Position numbers and translations under genes: made by a program. Under the pieces are notes generated by a model. That model searched no databases and was not told where the DNA came from. It worked only from the letters and a program-made list of their open reading frames with translations. This document shows positions 56,951 through 64,000 of a DNA stretch of 64,000 nucleotides, one piece after another (positions within the stretch are counted from its first letter, which is position 1; each line of letters opens with the position of its first letter). The stretch spans positions 90,644,001 to 90,708,000 of the forward strand of contig OZ024741.1 of assembly GCA_964016885.1 (NCBI GenBank), given 5' to 3'. The stretch is from Eledone cirrhosa. Its lineage: Eukaryota.

Positions 56951-57963
56951 ATGACTCCACCAGTATAATAATGGCTTGAAATGTTATATGTCATTTCTAT
57001 GGAATGGAAGGACCTTCGTCGGTTTCGATGACGAGCGTTCCTGTAGTTTGATCAACAGCCATTACAGGCAAAGTCCATCCAACGGGCTTCCAAAGAGTTT
57101 GTCTACTCTATTTCACTCACAAAACATGGGTCGACTCGATGCTAAGGTAAATCACACTTGCCCAAGATGCTGCACAGTGAGATTGAACCAGGGAACCTCT
57201 TAACCATTTGGTCATGTTGCATCCACTTGCTGCACTTTGTTTGTGAGTTGTTTGTTTGCGTGTGTGTGTGTACATGTGTATGTATGTGTGCGCATGGGTG
57301 TTTTTGTGTCTATTTCCGAGCGTGTCTGTATGTGTGTGTGCATGTAGGTGTGTGTTTGTGCATGTAAGTGCAAGGGGATTTATGTTTGTTTCTATGCATT
57401 TACGTATATGTTTATCCACATGAAACTTATCCACATGAAACTACAAACTAGAAACAACAGAAGATGATAGTTCGTGGCTCAAATCAGAACATCAGACATA
57501 CATGTGCAACATTTTCCAGTCAGTTGACCACGTACTTACAAGGATCCAGGACAATACATTACAATAGAATACATTCAACAAAATTAGAGAAAATATTAGT
57601 TAATAATACATCAATTGTATATAGAATCCAACATCAAACTAGGAGATTAACTGTGGAGGTTTTACTAATACAGAAATATAAAACAAAAAATCAATTACAA
57701 TATACGGGAAATTAACTATGAAACCACGACGCTTTAACCGTTGAATAATTCTTTTTTAAATCTAGTTTTGAAGATTCCAGGACAATTTGCGGCAGCTGAA
57801 AACATGCAAACCACACGCTTCTGAAGATGGGTCTATAAAGATAAAAACTAATAAAGAATTATGAAAAATCCTGAAAAAAGGATTAAACTTGAACAGAGTC
57901 ATGGGTTTAATTTAGCCACATTCACGCAGGCGTACGCATAGAAACACGCACATATACTGCCCC

Positions 57964-58070
<107 letters not shown>

Positions 58071-59039
58071 TAAGCAAGACAAATGCTGCTCTAAGAAACA
58101 CTACTTTAGATTATCATAAAAAATTAATAAATGGGTAACCAAAAATCTGCAATACCAGGTCAACCTGTGGAAAAGCTGGAGCAAACTCCACCATCGTCAC
58201 TGGTAAAAACAAATTAGTTTAACATCAGAGTTCCTATATTAAGAACACATAAGAACAGATACTACACTTTGATCTAAGCGAAAAAGAATATCTCGACAGA
58301 GCTGTTCTGTTAGAGAACGCATCACATGTGGCAGATAGCGATACGGCCACCAGGTATGATGGTTAGTTGCGATACAAGCGGCTCCTGCTGGATGAATAAG
58401 TGGTAAACGACTTGAGGAGCTGGAGCAATGGGTGACACCTGTAGCTCTCAAGAAAACTCTCACAATCTAGGAATGTAGATATGACGAAGCGAGTAAAAGC
58501 CACTGATTCAGTTGTTAAATGCTACAGGCGAAAGAGGCTTGGTGTGGCGCCGGATGGCAGAGGGACCCTTGGTTCAATCAATAGGTCAAAGATGCCACCC
58601 GAGCAAAGGAGGCCTATAAAGCTTGACTTGGAAATAAGTCCTCCGTCATGCACTTGCGGTACAAGCAGGCACGATGAATCGCAGCAGAGACAGTAAAGGT
58701 GCCCAAAGTTAAAACATGGGAGGACTTTGGGGTGGAATCCGATATCAGGCCAGCAAATAAAGTGTTCTGGCAGACCATCCACCGATTTTGTAATAAGAAG
58801 TCCTCCTCTACACCTGCTATCAGGAATGCGTCTGGGGTTCTCCTCTTCAGATAGGTGCATCTTTGCGAGGTGGAGAGCTACTTTGCTGATCTCCTAAACC
58901 TTATCACAACAGCATATTCTGATGCACACGATCTGCATCTGGGAGTGATGACTAATCTTTCGGAGGCTGAGGCGCCAAGAGCGATTAATGTCGATGGAGA
59001 GGATGAAATTCGGTCTGCGAGGCCTTAAATAGATCCAAC

Positions 59040-59161
59040 AAGACCGAAGTGTGGCTTTGTTGGCACGCCGAGCATCCACCACTCGAGCGCATCGAACGAC
59101 TTCCATCTTTTCATGTCTAAGAGTGTGCACCTTATCTCTAACAATACAACCTTCGTACTTC
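59040..59161 (-). mobile_element. Old Tx1 ORF2 fragment
   Basis: KYEGCIVRDKVHTLRHE..ARRANKATLRS aligns to KHEGCVVRARVRALRHE..ARRGNKATIRS of family A. Confidence 0.8.
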
Positions 59162-59295
59162 AAGAAGAAGAAGAAGAAGAAGAAGAAGAAGAAGAAGAAG
59201 AAGAAGAAGAAGAAGAAGAAGAAGAAGAAGAAGAAGAAGAAGAAGAAGAAGAAGAAGAAGAAGAAGAAGAAGAAGAAGAAGAAGAAGAAGAAGAA
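59162..59295. repeat. (GAA)n microsatellite
   Basis: Direct reading. Confidence 0.95.
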
Positions 59296-60339
59296 ATTAT
59301 AAAATTTATAAATAATTCAAAAGAATCAGCGTTAAGTATTTGCTTCAGATGTTCTTAGTTAAAATCAAACAAACAAGACTATTTTAATTTCGAAATAAAT
59401 GTAGAGCATACACGAAATTAACAGAACAAGAACCATAAAGCAAGATTTATGAACAAATTCACTAAATGATTATTCTGTTTAATTCTTCTACTTCCTGTTC
59501 TCTTGTATGTTACTATTGCATGTATATGTATGTATGTTTTTATGTGTGCATGTATGTATATATGTGTGTTTGTATGTATGCATGTAAGTATGTATGTATG
59601 TATGCATGCATGCATGCGTGGACGCCTGACGAATGTATTTATGTAAATAGATATGTATGTATGAGTGAGTGAAGTGAAAGTAATCTATTCACAAACTAAC
59701 CTACTTATTTCAGTTTCCTTTGATGTTAAACGGATAATAAGATGTACGTCTTATACGTCTTATTCGCGTAAAGAAGGTCATAACTCGTGATCCTTCATTT
59801 TTTTCAGGGCCTTCGAGATTGGTTGGAGAAAGGGAGGGCTAAACAAGGCTAAACGAATCATGTCTTTAATTCACTATTGGCTGACAAGTTGAATTGTCAA
59901 CGGAACACAGAAATGCTTTGATGTATACATCGCCTGGCTAGCTTCATTTGCATACCGAGCGATTTTAAGCTCTTAACATGGTGGATACCTAAATGTATTC
60001 GTTAGTGAATAATAATAATATTATAATCATATAATATTATTAATATTCGGTTTGTTTGCAAGCAACCAGCCTCATAAACACCACGTGTTAGATTGCCAAC
60101 GTCTTCCCATTGTTCGAGAAGTAGCTGAGAGAAAACAATATTTAACCAGAATTCGGAATACTATCTTCGTGACATGATCGCAGAAGCAGGCGGGGGGGGG
60201 GGTACTGCTTGTGCTAGAAGAGGCAGCTGAAGGGGTTAGCCTCTTGTGAACACAACCAAAACAAAATACATAAGCTTCACTCAAGATGGCGAATCCTGCA
60301 CACTTAACTGATCCCCTCTGAAGAAGGTTGAGCATGAGA

Positions 60340-60850
60340 CATACTTTGGAATAGACATATCATCCACTGAGAAAGATGTGATGATCCATATTGCCAAAGT
60401 TAAGGTCAATAAGAAAATCGCCACTAAATGAAAAAATAAAGCGGAACTTCTTCAGAGCAACGATGGAAACTGTTCTACTGTACGGATCACCAGTATGGAC
60501 AATGACTCGAAAGTTTGTGAACAAACTGGACGAAGATTCACTCACATGTTGTGTACAGTGAAAGTAACATCCGACAAAGGAAGAACTATATGGTCATATA
60601 TCGAATATAACCAAAATAATTAGTGAGCGGAGGACGATATGCCAGATACTACTACTGAAGCAAGAATGAGATGATGAGCTGCCTACAGTTGTGGATACCT
60701 AGATATAGTAAGGCCCTAAGGAGGTGACCGAGAATGAACAAAGTCCATCAGCAGTCTCGGGATCCTGCTGGAGATTGACGATCTCAAGAATGCCATGGAA
60801 GATTGTGACGTCTGGAAGAGAAGAGTAGAACTGGTCTGGGCAATCCAATA
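60340..60850 (+). mobile_element. Degraded RTE-like LINE 3' fragment
   Basis: Plus-strand translation FFRATMETVLLYGSPVWTMT...KLD resembles the post-RT region of RTE-clade ORFs. Confidence 0.6.
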
Positions 60851-60869
60851 TATATATATATATATATAT

Positions 60870-61045
60870 ATCGACAGTCGATTGACTTTCGTCAAATCTG
60901 ACCGAAGAAATAATGTTTCCATTGGTCGTTCCAATTGCTAATACTATCTTTCGGTTGAAACTCTAGGTAGAAGTAACGTGAAATAAAGTGTCTTGCTCAA
61001 GGACATAACGCATCGCCCGGTTCGGGAATCGAATCACAACCTTAG
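60870..61045 (-). mobile_element. S2 SINE
   Basis: Reverse complement of 49840-50005. Confidence 0.75.
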
Positions 61046-61049
61046 CATC

Positions 61050-62470
61050 CGGTGGATGAAGTGTCGTATATGTCTCTCTAATTCTTTAAGACTGCATATG
61101 CAGGACACATTCCTCGTCACTCTTAGTAAATCTGCAATTAGCATGTTAACTTTTATGTTATCCGAAATGACTGAGTTTCTTGGAGTCCAGGGGTTTGGCA
61201 TAATGCAAATGGAGGATTTGTGTTTTATTACTAATGGTTTCAAACCAGAGTTTTGTGTCTAGTACAGATAGTCTATGGTTGGAGTGTTTGGTAACTTTAA
61301 CGCTCTGGTGGATGGAGTTAGCTATTTGCTGGATGCTGTCCATCTTGTTTCTGTGTAATTCCTGACCGTTATCCTGTGGGGGTGTTTTCACTACTATGTT
61401 GATGCCATCTACGTAGCGGGAGTACATAATCAGGGTTATAGAGTTCTCATCTAAGCGTTCCTTAAGTCTTCTGTCCCACCATACCATAAAGAGATTAGCT
61501 ATGTCACCAGTAATGCTGACGTCAATGGCTGTCCTCTCCTCTTAAGAATATGTTTTGCCATTGAACTTAAACATATGTTCCTTAAGGCTTAGTTTTATAG
61601 TGTCCTCACCGCATGGGCGATTATTTTCGTTACTTGGTCGTGGTTTTCGGGGGTCCGTATGGCTCTGGTCTACCTGCTTTATCTTTCTGTATGGGTCTTC
61701 TTGGCCATTGAGGTAATGGTAGGTGGTCTGCTTCTCTCTGGCTTTGATTTGAGGGGCAGAGGCTGCTAAGGTCGTGGGTGTCTAAATAATCCTTAACCCG
61801 TTTAAGTCTGAGTTCCAGCTCAATGGTGTCAATCCCACAGAATTCTACATCACTCTCGCTGACCATTTCTACGGATTTTCCACAGCAAAATCAACGTCGA
61901 TGAATGAGTATAGGGACACCACATCCATGTTATCTATTGTACAGCCTGTCAGGTCCCCAGATAGGGCATTCTGCTGAGAGAGTCTTCCGAGCTGTCATAT
62001 ATGTCTGTGGACATTTCGACTATGTGGCGTATGATCATCGAGATGAAGTAGAAGAGTCTGTAGTTACTGGCAATGTTGTCTCCATAGAATGGCCGTATTG
62101 GTGGTCCTGTGACTGAGTCACTATTTGTTTTGTGGTTTTTTCGAAGCCGATACAGCGTCGGTACGTCATTGTTCCAGACCTGGAAGTTGTTGGCTGTACG
62201 CTTGTTAGGTTGCATTATGCTAGACTACATCATCATGTGAGCGTTGAGGTTTTTCTCTCTTTCTTCATGCCCGTGTTGTGTTGTTTCTCTTGTGTTGATG
62301 GTGTGGGGTTTCATTGTCTGGATGGAGTTTGGCAGGCTATCTACTGACATCCTGCCAGGCATATCCGTTGGAAAGAATACAATTTCTCCATTTCGCGAGC
62401 GTTGTATGAGCTTATGTAAACCATTTGCGGATGTTTCACCATTCTATTTTATTTCCTACGATGTTGTTCC
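61050..62470 (-). mobile_element. Degraded Penelope-like reverse transcriptase
   Basis: VPTLYRLRKNHK, PPIRP, FKFNGK, YSRYVDG (YVDD-like), LSVLDT, HYAKP across broken ORFs. Confidence 0.7.
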
Positions 62471-62695
62471 AAATTCTGTCTATGTTTAGCCGTAGATATT
62501 ATGAATTGAACCTTCGTTTGTTCATCAGCTTGTGATGAGAGACAGGTACGTTTGTTAAACAATTATTACAATTGTTTCGATATCGAACAGTTCATCAATC
62601 AAGATGACGGGGCCAGACTCTTTTTCGACATCTCGTTAGATATGCGATTTTATATGTGCAAAGGCACATCTATGATATATATATATATATATATA

Positions 62696-62797
<102 letters not shown>

Positions 62798-63469
62798 CTG
62801 TAAATGAACAGGTTGGCACTAAAGCCACGCAATCTTCATTCCGTTTCATTTTCACCAATTTTACATTCGTAGGTTTTTCTTTTTAATAGCAGTCTTATCT
62901 GCCCCTTGCCTATTTGTTTGACTTGCATGCCTCCTCCCCCGTTTTAAACAAATCAACTGAAAGAGAAACAGATGGAATAAAGACAACATTCTCTATTTCT
63001 AAAGCAATATATTAATATGTTGTCGTGTTTGGTAGTTTCAATATTTAGAAAAGAAAATCGTAGTCATTCAATATGAATAGAAATGAACAAATAAAACACT
63101 CCCATTCATTAATGTTTGACTGCAAATAAATACTCAAAAAAAGCAAATCAGTCTTTTGAAATATCCTATAAAGAGGTCTGGCCCTTACTCATCCCACTCG
63201 TCCGGGTTCACCAAAATTTCTTATGAATTTATTATGACCCTATTATGTCATTTTCCTTCTCATCATGATTCGTCAATATATGTTATTTTAATGATGTCAA
63301 TGGGTAAGCATTTCTTTTACGTCTTCTATTCGTTATACAGGTGTTAACTTTAGACACCCACATCCCTACTTATTGATCTAATTACCTCCCTACCTAGGTA
63401 CCTACATCATCTATCTACTTACATAACTACTTCACCAAATCTCTCTCTTTCTCTCTCTCTGCCTCTCCG

Positions 63470-63562
<93 letters not shown>

Positions 63563-63814
63563 CATGCCACTGGCCATTAGAGCACTCAGGCTACTCGGGA
63601 TGGCCCCGAGTACCGCATGTGTCAGATCTATTTCAGATCAACAAGAAATGTCCAAGAATACAACAACCAACATTTATAATACTTGCTAATACTTTGTAAT
63701 ACCGAACAATTAAGAATAAATCGCGAATTCTTTTAATTCCCTACTATTCAAAGAATATAGTTGTGTTTTAACTTCATAACTTTATCATTTAGACTTAAAT
63801 AAACTTTGCTTTTC

Positions 63815-64000
63815 ATAATAATTGTTTCTACTTTAGGCACAAGGCCAGCAATTACCCAGTGCATTACTGGTACTTTATTTTATCGACCCCGTAAGGATGA
63901 AAGGCAAAGTCAACCTCGGCGGGATTTGAACTCAGATCGTAAAGGGACGTAACTATGCTGGAAAGCATGGTGTCCGACTCTCTACCGATACTGCCAATCC
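63815..64000 (-). mobile_element. S1 SINE (5' end at window edge)
   Basis: Near-identical to 30114-30300 and 56672-56854. Confidence 0.85.

Noticed and set aside
60283-60320. Host gene start (CAAGATGGCG)
   Set aside because: The ORF stops after 11 codons, there is no splice donor, and it lies among LINE remnants.

Overview
Repeat-rich animal genomic DNA. The SINE types and microsatellite load suggest an octopus or other cephalopod (inference). I recognise no host protein-coding gene. Bases 1-27475 are a head-to-tail array of Tx1/L1-clade non-LTR retrotransposons: a decayed divergent 'family B' copy, a 466-bp 3' piece of 'family A', and four full-length ~6.05-kb family-A units. Each unit encodes ORF1 (CCHC knuckle) and ORF2 (APE-RT-zinc finger), and the units are joined only by (ATT)8-14 tails. 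The rest of the window is decayed transposons: CRE-like RLE LINE pieces, CR1-like and RTE-like LINEs, Penelope-like elements with inverted ends and several hammerhead ribozymes, a Buster/hAT transposon with TSD, MITEs, tRNA-derived SINEs and long microsatellites. The best candidate for a new system is an ATT-repeat-targeting Tx1 element that recreates its own target with its tail and so stacks in tandem. It appears to have a partner SINE with the same 3' end whose TSDs begin with ATTATTA, and it may fuse ORF1 to ORF2 by splicing.
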